Source: Takakia lepidozioides
Taxonomy: Eukaryota > Plantae > Bryophyta
Direction of reading: 5' to 3'
Assembly (NCBI GenBank): GCA_030704615.1
Contig: CM060734.1
Location: forward strand, 13,392,001-13,456,000
DNA: 64,000 nt
Position 1 is the stretch's first letter, and each line of letters opens with the position of its first letter. The notes under the pieces are model-generated. The model worked only from the letters and a program-made list of their open reading frames with translations. It was not told the origin of the DNA and did no database searches. Shown here piece by piece: positions 34,702-46,564 of the stretch. Position numbers and translations under genes: made by a program.

Positions 34702-37700
34702 ATGGGGGATATTGAGGATGAGTTGTTGAAGGAGAAGAACCCGCCTCCCCTTGATGAGGACGATATTGCTCTTCTGAAAACCTATGTACGTTTGCTTTCC
34801 TCTACTTCCAATTTATACCTTTTGTGGTGCGGGTACTTTGTCTTTGGAGCGGTTCCATTGCTTTGATGGGTTCTATGTTTTCCCCTCTGAATATGTCGAG
34901 TTCTGCGAACCTGAAATGTAATCGTAGTCTGTACCCTCTTGATCCGTTAAATTTATTCAGGTCTACAACTTCCGCCCACTGATTTCTGGATGTGTGCAGG
35001 TTTTAGGTCCATATTCTTCCACCATCAAGAAAGCAGAGAAGGACATCAAAGAGATGGCAAAGAAAGTCAACGATTTGTGCGGTATGTTTTGCTTTGTGTC
35101 TACAGTATCGGCTGTAATACTCTGTGCACGGGCAAACGGTAACCCTTAGGAGCTAATCCTTGCTATAAACCTTGCCCGATGGCAGGTCTAGTGTGCACAC
35201 TAGAGTCGAAACCATAGCACTGGATTGAGCAACTAGCGGGAAACATGTGCAAGACCAAGTTAGCATCAGGAGTCTCGAGTCAGCTCCACGATGCTTGTAG
35301 CCCACAAACTAGATAACAATTTTGACAGGGCCATGCATTGTTGACTTGAGCAGGGATTAAGGAGTCAGACACGGGGCTGGCAGTTCCAAGTCAGTGGGAT
35401 TTGGTATCTGATAAACAAATGATGCAAGAGGAGCAACCATTGCAGGTGGTGTTGGCTTTGTGGCCCTCAGCCTTTTTGCATCTGTGTGTTTGTACAGTAG
35501 TGGTACTCTAGAGTATGGGAATGGTACTTTTGGATAGACTGATTGTTATTCTGTGTGTAGTTTCGTTGGTCCAGAGTGCATATACTCATGCTCATGCTCA
35601 TCCTTCATCTCTGTGCACAAAGTGAACTAAACTTATTCTTACACTAAGTGATCATTTCACCTTAATCTTGCTCATCACAAGCATTTGGTGATCTCTTGCA
35701 GGTTGCCCGCTGCACTAAGATTATCAATCAAGGTGCGGATGACTGCAAGTATGTGATAAATGTGCAGCAAATTGCTAAGGTATGCCATGCATCAGTATGT
35801 TTCACAAAGTGGGTCATGCATTCAGGCAGTAAAGTTGGGAAGAAGTAGGATTTGTGCTAATTTCAGTGCTCCCATGGCAGGTTTGTTGATGTACCTGGGT
35901 CTCATTATAGGAGAGGAATAGAATGAAGGCCACAACGACAACATCACTTGAACTAGTAGAACTACTGCCCCATGCAACGCTTTCAGCACTTTCTATCAGC
36001 AACTTAGACCACATGCAACATTGTTGTTGCCTAATTCTTCCCCAAAGATTCAAAGGCTCCAGTGCTTTCGGCTTCATGGGAAAAAAACCCAGGGAGATTA
36101 GCAGCAGAACGGCCTATGCCCTGGCCACTGGGTAACTTGCTGAAAGCTTCTCTGTTTAAAAAGTCGAGATTTGATAGAGTAGTTTTCCAAATGGACGTGT
36201 GTGAGTTCTTCGGGGGGTCTAGCTTCCTTTTGCAATTTTTAGCCTCCCTACTTTGAACTCTAGCTTACAAGCAAAGAACCCATGTCAAACACAGCTCTCT
36301 ACCACTATAGTGAGTGGGCTGTTGACGTGATTCTTGTGATTCTTGTGTTTTCATTGCAGTTCGTAGTTGGTTTGGGTGAGAAGGTCTCTCCAACGGATAT
36401 TGAGGAAGGCATGCGCGTCGGGTAAATCTATCCATCCCTCTTTCCATTTTTTGCATGGGCTCGTTGGGATATGGTTTGCAAGGGTTCTAATGTTGGAAAG
36501 GGCTGCATCCTGCAAGGGATTAGAGACCTATCTGCTTCGTTGAAAGATGAAAGGATGCATCATGGGTGTTTTTGGCAGGGTGGATAGGAACAAGTATCAG
36601 ATTCAGATTGCCCTGCCACCCAAGATTGATCCAAGTGTGACTATGATGACAGTGGAGGAGAAACCTGATGTGACCTACAATGACATTGGAGGCTGCAAAG
36701 ATCAGATTGAGAAGATGCGTGAGGTAGGAATGTTTTAAAATCTTTTTGAAGTTTGGTACATATTCTTAGAGGTGGGACAAAAAGTTTCAAGTTGGAGTGG
36801 ACCACAAAAACAAACAGCATACAGACTCTCTGAGGGACAGGCAACCTTATATACCAGTACCTTGGACCAACACAAATGGAAGAGAGTTGCTTTATGAGTT
36901 CATACATAAGTTTGTCAGTAGATTCTGAGCTTGTTGAGGGAATGGGAGCCAATCCGACGGTGGGTGAATGATGACCCTCCAAGCTGGAAAGTTTGGCTTA
37001 ATCTAACCTGGCCTCGCACATTGGCATGTTTTGCCTAGTAGACCTTCAACACATTCAGGGAGATGTTGGCTGATGTGTTGATTGTGCAACTGACTCTTAG
37101 AGTAACTACTGTACAAGAGTCTTCTCATCCATTCGTGTTTGTAGAGACCCTTTACTGCAAAGAGAATGTGTTGGTCAGCATTGCAGGTTACACCCAGAGA
37201 AGTTTGTGAAGCTGGGGATTGACCCCCCTAAGGGAGTCCTTTGCTACGGTCCTCCTGGTACCGGGAAGACCTTGTTGGCACGTGCAGTAGCCAATCGGAC
37301 GGATGCTTGCTTTATCCGTGTCATCGGAAGTGAGCTTGTTCAGAAGTATGTGGGAGAGGGAGCGCGCATGGTTAGGGAGCTTTTTCAGGTAGTCTGAGTT
37401 CTATCACTGTTTACAAAAGTCTGTGGACATCTTTATAGGTCAGTGTTTGATATCTGTTGAATTGTTATCCAGCAGTCTTTCTACAGGCTGTAAAATCTCT
37501 CTCATCATCCCTCTTCCATGTCTCCTAATATGTTGGCTTTCTATTGGGTGAGCAGATGGCTCAGGCGTGCATTGTTTTCTTTGACGAGGTGGCCATTGGA
37601 GGAGCTCGATTTGATGATGGATTGGGCGGTGATAATGAAGTCCAACGAACTATGCTTGAAATAGTCAACCAACTTGATGGTTTTGATGCCCGTGGCAATA

Positions 37701-39211
37701 TCAAAGTCTTGATGGCCACCAACAGGTATCACTTCTATCTATCTTTTGCTGGGCATCGTAGCTAACTCATAAATACTCGGTTGTATCTTGTTTTTAATTT
37801 TATATCCATGAATGCTTGCACGTACCCATATCAGTCTTATTGTAGATAAGCCTACCAATGGAATCGATGCACTGAGAGCTATTTCTGAGGCCTGCACAAT
37901 GCCAGTATATGCATTCTATGCATCTACAAGTACTGCGAGTCATAAAGGCCCAAATGAGCTGGGGCAAGTAACTACTGACTGGTAACCCTACGATAGCACA
38001 GCTTTGATGGCAGATTTGGCCAGGATCTTGACTAAGGAATGACATAAAATTGTCAGTACTGAGGTTAGCATGTGCAGACTGTGTGGTCATAGGGTCCAAA
38101 CCTGTTATTTATTAGGTGCGATGTAGGTAATAGGGCCATGGCTTCTGTATTGGTTTATGAGGGTTTCTCCTTCCACGTTTGAGTAGGCTATGTGAGGACA
38201 AACGCATTATGAGCGGGTGGAGGAGGCTAGAATTTGCTTTTCATAACCTTGCAGTCCCCCGGACCGTGCACATGCTCAGAGGTAGCAGAGAGAGAGAGAG
38301 AGAGAGAGAGAGAGCAGCAAGCTTTTTATTCAGCATCTGATTGCGGAGTGGGAGTGTGCAGACCAGACACGCTAGACTCAGCACTTCTACGACCAGGGCG
38401 GTTGGATCGGAAGGTGGAGTTTGGACTACCTGACCTTGAAAGCCGGACACAAATCTTAAAATCCATACACGCACCATGAATTGCGAGCGTGATATTCGCT
38501 TCGAGCTCCTTGCCCGACTCTGCCTGAATTCCACAGGTTTCTACCCTTCGCTTCATCTTACACTTGTTTGTGGGAGACTGTTATGGAATCAAATCATTGA
38601 GGGTTGATGAGTGCCTGCTCTCACAGGTATTTGTTGTAATTTGCCAGCTATAGAGGTCTTTGTCTCACCCTACATCCTTGAGGTTTTGCACCAAGCGGGC
38701 TGTAGTCAGCTTGCAGGGGATGGATTGTTGATAGGCGCTGGCTTTTCTTGTCATCTTAGAGAGTTATTGCCAGTTCTATCTTGCTGCTGTAGCTGTCTAC
38801 CTCAAATACAGATGTGGCACATTTGACTCTGTTGTGCTGCAGTCAATCTGAAGTGCCAAGAGGGCTCATTGGTCCTTTTGAACCTTTGCCCTTGATATGA
38901 CCCCCACAAGCGGGTCACTTTGCCTATAGTCATAGGCTTGAAAACAAAAGCCTGAAACTGTCTTCATGCTCATGTACAGCCAACAACAATCTTGTCGAAA
39001 GAAAAGAGGGGAAGATGCAGTTGCTAATACTACAGTTTCTGGACTGTTGTTGCAGGTGCTGACATATGGAGTGTATGCACAGAAGCAGGCATGTATGCAA
39101 TTCGAGCTCGCAGGAAGACTGAAAGAAAAAGATTTTTTGGAGGCTGTGAATAAAGTGATCAAAGGCTACCAGAAATTTAGTGCCACACCCAAATACATGG
39201 TGTACAATTAG
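34702..39211 (+). pseudogene. RPT1: 26S proteasome AAA-ATPase subunit RPT1 (PSMC2), unprocessed pseudogene
   Basis: Ten exons: 34702-34785, 35000-35081, 35354-35445, 35702-35779, 36360-36421, 36579-36723, 37187-37388, 37556-37725, 38362-38536, 39056-39211. Walker A GPPGTGKT and C-terminus [12 protein letters not shown] are present. Lesions: VVELPM lost at exon 7, RSKK and the D after Walker B lost in exon 8, and frameshifts near 38457 and 39121. Confidence 0.9.
38287..38313. repeat. (AG)n microsatellite in an RPT1 intron
   Basis: agagagag run. Confidence 0.9.
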
Positions 39212-39599
39212 GTTGGTTTACATGTAGACCCCGGAGAGCCTAACCCATTATTCATGTGAGGCAGCGTAGTTGGGTGGCAGGCAAGAAAGCTTCTGCCCAC
39301 ATTTATTGTGCCTCCCTAATTGTGCGAGTGGATGATTCACGAGTCCAAAATTGAAGTTCTAATTCATTGGGAAATTTGGATGTGCTTTGAAGATGTCTTT
39401 TTTATTCATATGGTAGATAGTTGATGATGTTCTTTCCCCTTCTCCTGCATCTGTCTTAAGCACTAATAAACTGCAGTACAACATGTTGGGACCACATTCC
39501 TGCAACCCCAAAACCAGATCTTTGAATTCTTGGATTTTGTGAAAGTTTGTAGGAAACTGCTTGAGGAAACTATCCCTGCAATTCTGATAAATGCAGCGG

Positions 39600-39953
39600 C
39601 ACTGGCCTTAGATCCATAACCGATTTTTAGAGCAGACTCGCTGACGTGGCGTGTTTCTACTGGATTTGAGGAGGGGTGCTATATGTGGTATTCTACGACC
39701 TACTAGATTTTAACTACCTATGCGGCTCGGTAGGTCCTGGCTCCCTGCTATATCCGGTGGTGGTAGGTAAGTACAAGGGTAAACTGACTGGCTCGCTGCC
39801 CTAAAAACCCGGTTATGTCCGGTAGCGCTCGAGAGGAGCCCCTGCTAACGGATATAGCAGGTCGCCATGACACCTCGCCGCTAACAGGGCTCGGCAGGTC
39901 CTGGCTCCATGCTATATCCGTATCCGGTAGCAGGGGCTCCTCTCGAATACTAG
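39600..39953 (+). mobile_element. Small non-autonomous DNA element with internal inverted repeats, ending in CTAG
   Basis: tcgagaggagcccctgcta (about 39829) and its reverse complement tagcaggggctcctctcga (ending about 39946). Repeated ggtcctggctcc-tgctatatccg. Ends in tactag. Confidence 0.4.
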
Positions 39954-40966
39954 ACTTCCGACTCTGACATCATCCAGAACTAACTTCCATTTATTCAGAC
40001 GCTTGCCAGTAATGGAGATTCAGATTTTGTCCAAACGCATTCAAGAGGAATCGAAATGATATTGTGAGAATCTACGTGAATGTAGTAAATATCTTCGAGG
40101 ATAAGAACTTAGAACCTCGGTGGATGTATTTAGAATGTAAGTAAGGTGGGCTCACTGCACGATCTTCAGTTTGCTGCGAGAGGAGATTTCAATGTTGGAT
40201 CAGACATTCCAGCCATGGCTTATTTCTAGACTTGACATTGCTCCAGCTTGAGGAGGTGAGTGTGAAGAGTGGTATACAGTACAGTAGCCTTCCCGTAAAT
40301 TGGACGCTCGCGGCGTGCAAACAGTGCTGATTAGTAGCCTCCAAATGTTGCCACTTGAAAACAGAATTGTTCCAACTGCTGTACCATTGAACCCAATTTC
40401 AGGATTGTCGCAATGTGATGTGCCAGTAGCTTATGAGACACATATCTTTCAAACCGACATAAGAAGAGTTGTGAGTGTATTGAGGAAGGGTGTCAATCTC
40501 TCAGTTCATTGCCTCCTAGAAAGACAGAATGTGCTTGTGAATTGCTTTTATCAGCATCAATTATCGCTGCCGAACATTGAAGCAGACGCAAATCCACTCG
40601 AATTGGTAACTCTTGTCAAACTGTCATTTGCATACCTTGCATGATGACGATCACAGTACTGAGGCATTATTGTGTAGGGCACTTGCGGCCGCTTCAAGGC
40701 ATGGACTGCTATGATCAGTTTTCCACAATCCAAAATCACTGGAACGTTGACGTTCAATTCAGGTCGATTACAAAAAATAGGGCATAAGATGGTTGGCAAT
40801 GCGGGGACAGTTGTTATCACTAGTTTTGCATGAGACCCAACAGGCGAAGCCGACATTTTGACACTAACACAAGATCTACAATAGTGAACTGCACACTGGG
40901 TTGTTTACCAGTTTGATTCCACAGAGAGGGATGCGAGCTCCTCTCTGTTGGTATCTAAGATTTTAT

Positions 40967-42590
40967 GATATATCCTGGAGGATTGGGGGTACAGCAGACT
41001 AAGGTAGAGGCCATTACACAGATTCCACGCCCCACGGATGTGAGCCGAGTTTGAGCTTTCATGGGGTTGGCAAACTATTATAGATGGTTTGTCAAGGGAT
41101 TTAGTGCCATTGCAAAGGCTCTAATCAAGCTGACCAAGGTGGACCAGGAGTGGCAGTGGGAAGATGAACAAGAACAAGCTTTCCAAGAGCTCAAGGCGAG
41201 GATGACCTGAGACGACCTATCAGGGGGCGTCCTTTTCAGCTGCATACAGATTGGAGCATGTTGGGGCTTGGAGCGGTGCTCACACAAGTGGATGATGAGG
41301 GAAGAGAGTTCGTAGTGGCTTATGCTAGCCGCTCGAACAACGCTGCAGAGGCTACGTATAGCTCATATGAGGGAGAGTGCTTAGCTGCAGTGTGGGTCGT
41401 GGCATACTTCAAGTGCTATTTATATGGCAATCTCTTCACCCTTGTCACGGATCACCAGCCACTCAAGTGGTTAATGGAGTCAGACAAGCTTACGGGGAAG
41501 CTTGCACGGTGGGCACTCGTACTTCAAGAGTATGACTTTCAAATTGTGCATCGACCGGGTTTGGTCAATCGGGATGCGGAATTGTTGAGTCTCAATCCAT
41601 GCACGAGCCAGCAGGATGACACTGGAGCTCGGTGGCATGGTGAGACGGACAAGGAGATGGTGCCCGGATGACATGCATCTGCATTTCTGTGTAACTTGGC
41701 AGCGGAAGGCCAGGTTGGACCTACAACATGGATGACTGTAGACCGAGTGTCTGAGGACCCTGAGGCCAGCAATGAGCAAGGTGGTGCCAAAGATATACAT
41801 GAGGATTCAGCTGTGTTGGACTATCTCCGCACTGGAAACACGACAACCACTGTGACTGCCAAGGAGAGGGATCGGATCCTACAACGAGCCAAGAGGTTCA
41901 AGTGGGAGGGGACACACCTGCTCCGAGTGTGGGAGGATGGTTGAGTGAGGATTGTGCCTCACCCAACACAGCGGGCACGGTTAGTGCGACATGCCCATGA
42001 GGAGTTGGGGCATTTTGGGGTATGACGCACTCATAGTCAACTGTAGGGGCAGTATTTGGTGCGTGGTATGCACACAGAGATGCAACAATTTGTGGCTAAG
42101 TGCATGGTGTGTGACAGGGTGCGTGCTTCATTCAACGCCCCTACACCACAATTGCACCCTCTTCCGATCATGGGATTGGGCTACAGGTGGAGTCTAGACT
42201 TCGCAGGGCCGTTGCCACTGACCATGCGCCACAACAAGTACATGTTGGTGATGGTGGAGCACTTCTCCAAGTGGATCGAATTGGTTCCATTGCCTGATAA
42301 GGCTAGTGAGGGGGCTGCGTATGCATTATTGGATTGTGTACTTAGCCGATTCGGTGCTCCAGTTGAGGTACTCATGGATCAAGGGAGAGAGTTCTTGGGG
42401 GAGTTTCAGGTATTGTGTGACAAAGCCTTGATAAACCACCGCACTACTTCTCGAGATCATCCTGAGGCCGATGGCTTGGCAGAGAGGGTTGTTCAGACAG
42501 TGAAGAGGGGTTTACGCAAGTATGGCTTGCAAAAGGAACACCTAGGAGATTAGGACCTTCAGTTACCCTGGTTAGCCATGGGCTACATAA
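40967..42590 (+). mobile_element. Ty3/Gypsy pol fragment: RT end, RNase H, integrase (zinc finger and core)
   Basis: FMGLANYYRWFVKGFS, FQLHTDWSMLGLGAVL, AYASRSNNAAEATYSSYEGECLA, LVTDHQPLKWL, HAHEELGHFG, CMVCDR, WSLDFAGPLP, DQGREF, HPEADGLAERVVQT. Several stops are present. Confidence 0.92.
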
Positions 42591-42733
42591 CTCCCTCGTT
42601 TGCTTAGCATCTGAGTGTACTTATGGAGGGAGAGTAGGATGTTGTGGGGTGGAGTCCCCATAGCTTGGGGTGCCCCTAGCTTGACTCTTATTTTAACGAG
42701 TGATTATATTGTATTTCGTGTTTTGTGTCAACA
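42591..42733 (+). mobile_element. LTR fragment, near-identical to 50761-50903
   Basis: ctccctcgtttgcttagcatctgagtgtac...tttcgtgttttgtgtca is shared. Confidence 0.85.
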
Positions 42734-43560
42734 GCGGCGTGAGTTGGCCATTAGACTACAGCCGGATCATCCTATAGATGGCTCAGTGATGCGAGTCTGC
42801 TCTGATTCTCCTAGAGATGTCTGTATCTGGAAGGGACAAGGCTCCATATCCGCCTCCATGAGGCCCAAACCTGCAATAGCGGCGCTACCCAACATCAGTG
42901 GCTGAGCTCCCAAGTCCAATAAGACCGGTAGTGGCCGGTACATCTTGCCTGCTGGTCCACTTAAAGAGAAAATGTCATCCTGGTTGTCTAACAAGACAAC
43001 TCCAGGTATCACCATGGCGCGCTCAAAGGCTGGCCTAGCTGGCAGCTCCGTCAACCTGGCAACTGCAGCTTGCCATGGCGCAGCCGTGGCAGTCTTGACC
43101 CTCAAATCGGAGGATCCCTCTGCCACTACACCTTCCACTAATTCCGCAGAAGATGAAGTGACCTCCCCACTCTCGCAGAGTGTTGCTGCTAGTCTGAACA
43201 CTGCAGCTGGTCTTACCCCCGGCGTCGCAATCATGGTTGTCGAGAACAGTGCGGTCTGACACACAGAGGTGGCCGCCCCCAACAACACACTGGCTGCACT
43301 AGCCTTCGCAGCAAGTGTCAGTGCTGCACGTGTAGCTCTCCCCAATGACACAATAACAGCCTCTGCTTTGGTATCCGTCGGGCGAGAACTAGGTGCCATG
43401 GATGTCATTGACACTGTCTCCGCCAAGATGAATGATTGAGGCAATCTAGTCTGACGGCTTGCCTCCCCACGCTGTGGATCCAACTCCACCTCTGCACCTC
43501 GTGGCTCAGGAACTCGTGTTGCTCCTCGAGTGATGGCTGTAGAAGACTCGACCTGCATTA
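42734..43560 (-). mobile_element. Second copy of the protease region of the DNMT-carrying Gypsy family
   Basis: PEPRGAEVELDPQR...LPQSF.LAETV...RPAAVFRLAA.LCESG...VLLDLGAQPLMLG...CPFQIQTSLG is colinear with 11993-12826. Confidence 0.9.
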
Positions 43561-43930
43561 ATGGTATCAAACGCAGTCCTAACCTGCACAAGCTGGTGCT
43601 CAATGTAGAACGTGGTGCTGCTGAAATGAGCTTGCAGGTGGTGCCTGATGTGAATGAGCCAAAAACCAAAAAAAAACCACGTCTAGGTGGGTAGATTTCC
43701 CCTTTCTGTAGGTCCCTGCGCAAGTTTTGGGTCAAACGGCCTTGGTATGCCAAAGTTATGGCCAAACAGGCTCTATGTAATTTAACTGCTACAAACATCT
43801 AGCAGTAGCTTCCTTCCTTTTCATGTTTCAGATTTGTGCCAGAGGTCATTCCGTTGTTGACCAACCAGTATCAAGACTCTAAGGGAGTGAGTGTCATAGT
43901 TTTTCACACATTGATGGTTGATTACAAGCT

Positions 43931-44416
43931 TCACCACCCCCTTGATTGGTCCCATCTACACCATTTTTGGATGCTCCAATCTTGCTGAGTACGGATGTTT
44001 GGAGCCTCAACTTGACAAACTTCTCGTGAAGAGGAGAAGAATACTTCGTAGTTATCCCCATGTAGCTTGCTGACCACCGCACCTGCCCACCAGCCATCAC
44101 TTACAAACACTTCCACTTGGTCAAGGCAATGCCATTGGAACACAAACACACATGGAGGGATAGGCCTGATGTCATATATGCTAACAAGCTCCTCCAGTTT
44201 TGTCCCAGCTTCTTCCAGCAACTGCTCATATTGAACTTTGCACTTGTTCTCCTCTTTCTCATATAAGACAACTTGAGCCTCAAACCAAGCACCTTCAAAA
44301 CCTTTTTCTTGGAATCTCACTTCGACCCTAGCACTTGGTATCAACCTCATGCCATCAAACATCATATCATCTCTCCTTGTTTTGATCTTCAATACTTTGG
44401 GCTTCACTCCCTGCAA
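43931..44416 (-). CDS. Tandem Agenet (plant Tudor-like) domain ORF; an isolated exon or gene fragment
   Basis: RVEVRFQEKGFEGAWFEAQV...CKVQYEQL...IRPIPP and DQVEVFVSDGWWAGAV...YEVFF...NIRTQQDW. Open reading frame, but no flanking exons were identified. Confidence 0.8.
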   Translation of the reverse strand: MQGVKPKVLKIKTRRDDMMFDGMRLIPSARVEVRFQEKGFEGAWFEAQVVLYEKEENKCKVQYEQLLEEAGTKLEELVSIYDIRPIPPCVFVFQWHCLDQVEVFVSDGWWAGAVVSKLHGDNYEVFFSSSREVCQVEAPNIRTQQDWSIQKWCRWDQSRGW

Positions 44417-44481
44417 GCATCCACCTGCAGGTGGAATCCCTTAGCAAAGAGCTGGAAACACACAGAACTGCGATGTCTACA

Positions 44482-45770
44482 ATGGCTCGGAGCTCCAAGC
44501 TCACAAGGCAGAGGCCCCCTCCTGGGCTAATATAGTTAAGGGAGCACATCCAACAACAGTCCTCACTCTCTGGAGAAGACAGTCTCGGCTACCTTGCGAG
44601 AGGAACAACAACAGGCTTTCAAAGCCCTTAACATCAGGGTCACTGGGAAGCTAGGGGGCCTTGCTGAGGGGGACCCTCTTGACGCTGCCACCAGCCTTAT
44701 TCAGCAAAACCTTGCTCTCCCACGGGGCGCGAGTGGCATTGAAAGGGCTTGGCGTGCAGGATGTTCAGAGCACAAAATCCTCTTCATTAGATTCAAGGAC
44801 AAGGGTGCTCGGGATAGAGTCCTCAGGCAGAGGCCTCAATTGAGAGGTCAGGGTATGTACCTCAACGATGACTTGACCCTTTGCAATACAACGCCATGCG
44901 GGCGCAACTCTTGCAGGTTAAGCAAGCTCGAGCTCAAGGGCACTATGCCGTGTACCGAGATGGGAGGGTAATTGTCTGGGAGCACACGACGTCGCCCCTC
45001 TAGCTCTAAATAGGGGTTGGGGCACTATGAGACCAACACACGCTCACATCTACACATTGGCTCATGGAACTGTAATGGCTCATTGTGGAGCCACCCTCAA
45101 GGGCTTCTAGATATTCTTTCCAAGTGTGTTCTTTTTCTTTTGGAAACTCATGCGTATGAAGGAAAGGACCCCTTTTTATTCTCGGGTATAGCTTTCAGTC
45201 AGTGATTCGTCCACGTACAGGTCTCAAAGGATCTGGAGGTGTGGCTTGTTACTTTGCTGACTGGCTTCTCCCACTTATCTCCTTCCCATACAAAGACCCA
45301 CTGGCAAGGTACATTTGGTGTCACATCAAAGGCTACAACATCCTGCTGGCGGGATGTTATTTTGCTCCGGCCGCATCTCCGCACAACGGCCTACATATTC
45401 GAACAGATTCACCATATGTTCCATTGGAAGACGATATGGCCCGTCTCCTTACCCCACAAACGGACATTTTCTTAGTTGGAGATTTCAACGCCCGTACAGG
45501 ATCACTACAGGCCCCCACCTTCGACCACACAGATCCTCTACACATCCAACGCTCGCATACGGAATTGGAGAGACAAAGGGCAGATTCCTCTTGCGAAATC
45601 ACAAGTTACGGTCACCATCTACTCAAGTTTTGTGAAACTCAGGGGCTGTCCATTTACAATGGAACAACCAACTTCAAATCCTCCAGCCAGTTCACTTGCC
45701 ACACGTACAAGGGCCAAAGCGTGGTTGACTATCTCTTGGGGAGCTTGATGGGGTCCCGAATTCGGTGTAA
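44482..45770 (+). mobile_element. LINE 5' portion: ORF1 C-terminal domain and ORF2 APE endonuclease, 3'-truncated
   Basis: ORF1: NIRVTG...IERAWRAG...LFIRF...LRGQGMYLNDDLT. ORF2: IGSWNCNG, LLETH, GSGGVA, LVGDFNARTG, SVVDYLLG. Frameshifts are present. Confidence 0.88.
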
Positions 45771-46290
45771 GTTCAATGGGCAGAAAGGGTGTGCAGTGCC
45801 GCACACCCTTTCTGCCCATTGGAAATCGGTGTTTTTCAATGGCCGGAGTGCGGCGCCGCACACCGTTTTCCCAAACAAACATGGAGAAATTTTAAGAGGG
45901 GATTTTTTTTTTGTTTTTTTTTTTTTTTGTCCTGGTTGGTTGGAAAATGGGCGTGCGGCACCGCACACCCTTTCTGCCCTTTGAAAAACACCAGCAATCA
46001 CCCTGTTATAAAAAATTTAAAAAAAAAAAAAAAAACACCGATTTCAATGGGCAGAAAAGGCGCGCGCCGCCGCACCCCCATTTTCCAACAAACCAGGGGG
46101 ATTTTATTTTTTTTGTCGAAAAGGTTTTTTTTTTTTTTCCCTGGTTGGTTGGAAAATGGGTGTGCGCACCGCACACCCTTTCTGCCCAAAAAAATAAAAA
46201 ATCTTAAAATTTCCCTTTGGTTGGTTGGGAAAACGGTGTGCGGCGCCGCACACCGCCTTCCCAACCAACCAAAGGGAAATTTTCTTTAAA
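45771..46290. repeat. Array of six palindromic units centred on GTGTGCGGCGCCGCACAC, with A/T homopolymer spacers
   Basis: Cores near 45797, 45855, 45958, 46067, 46166 and 46243, with two interchangeable arm types. Confidence 0.85.
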
Positions 46291-46564
46291 AAAGAATTAA
46301 GAACTCCTGACACTTAAAATGACATGTGTGATTTCATTGATAGCATCCTTGGCAACTGTGCTCTTAATTTGACCTTATCTGTGATAAACAAGTCATTCAG
46401 CGCAACTCAATATGCAGGTATAGTAGCATTCTTGTAGGGTACCTGGAGCTCCATGACCAGCGGTTATAGGTGTCATCCGCGGTAATAGGTACAATATCTT
46501 CAAAAAACCCTAAGCCAGCCACCGCTCACGTGAGCACTGCTCACGATCTAGCAACCCTCGTAAG

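Noticed and set aside
39960-40900. Possible degenerate coding sequence (KWKLVLDDV on the minus strand resembles an NB-ARC Walker B)
   Set aside because: A single short motif, many stops, and no P-loop found.
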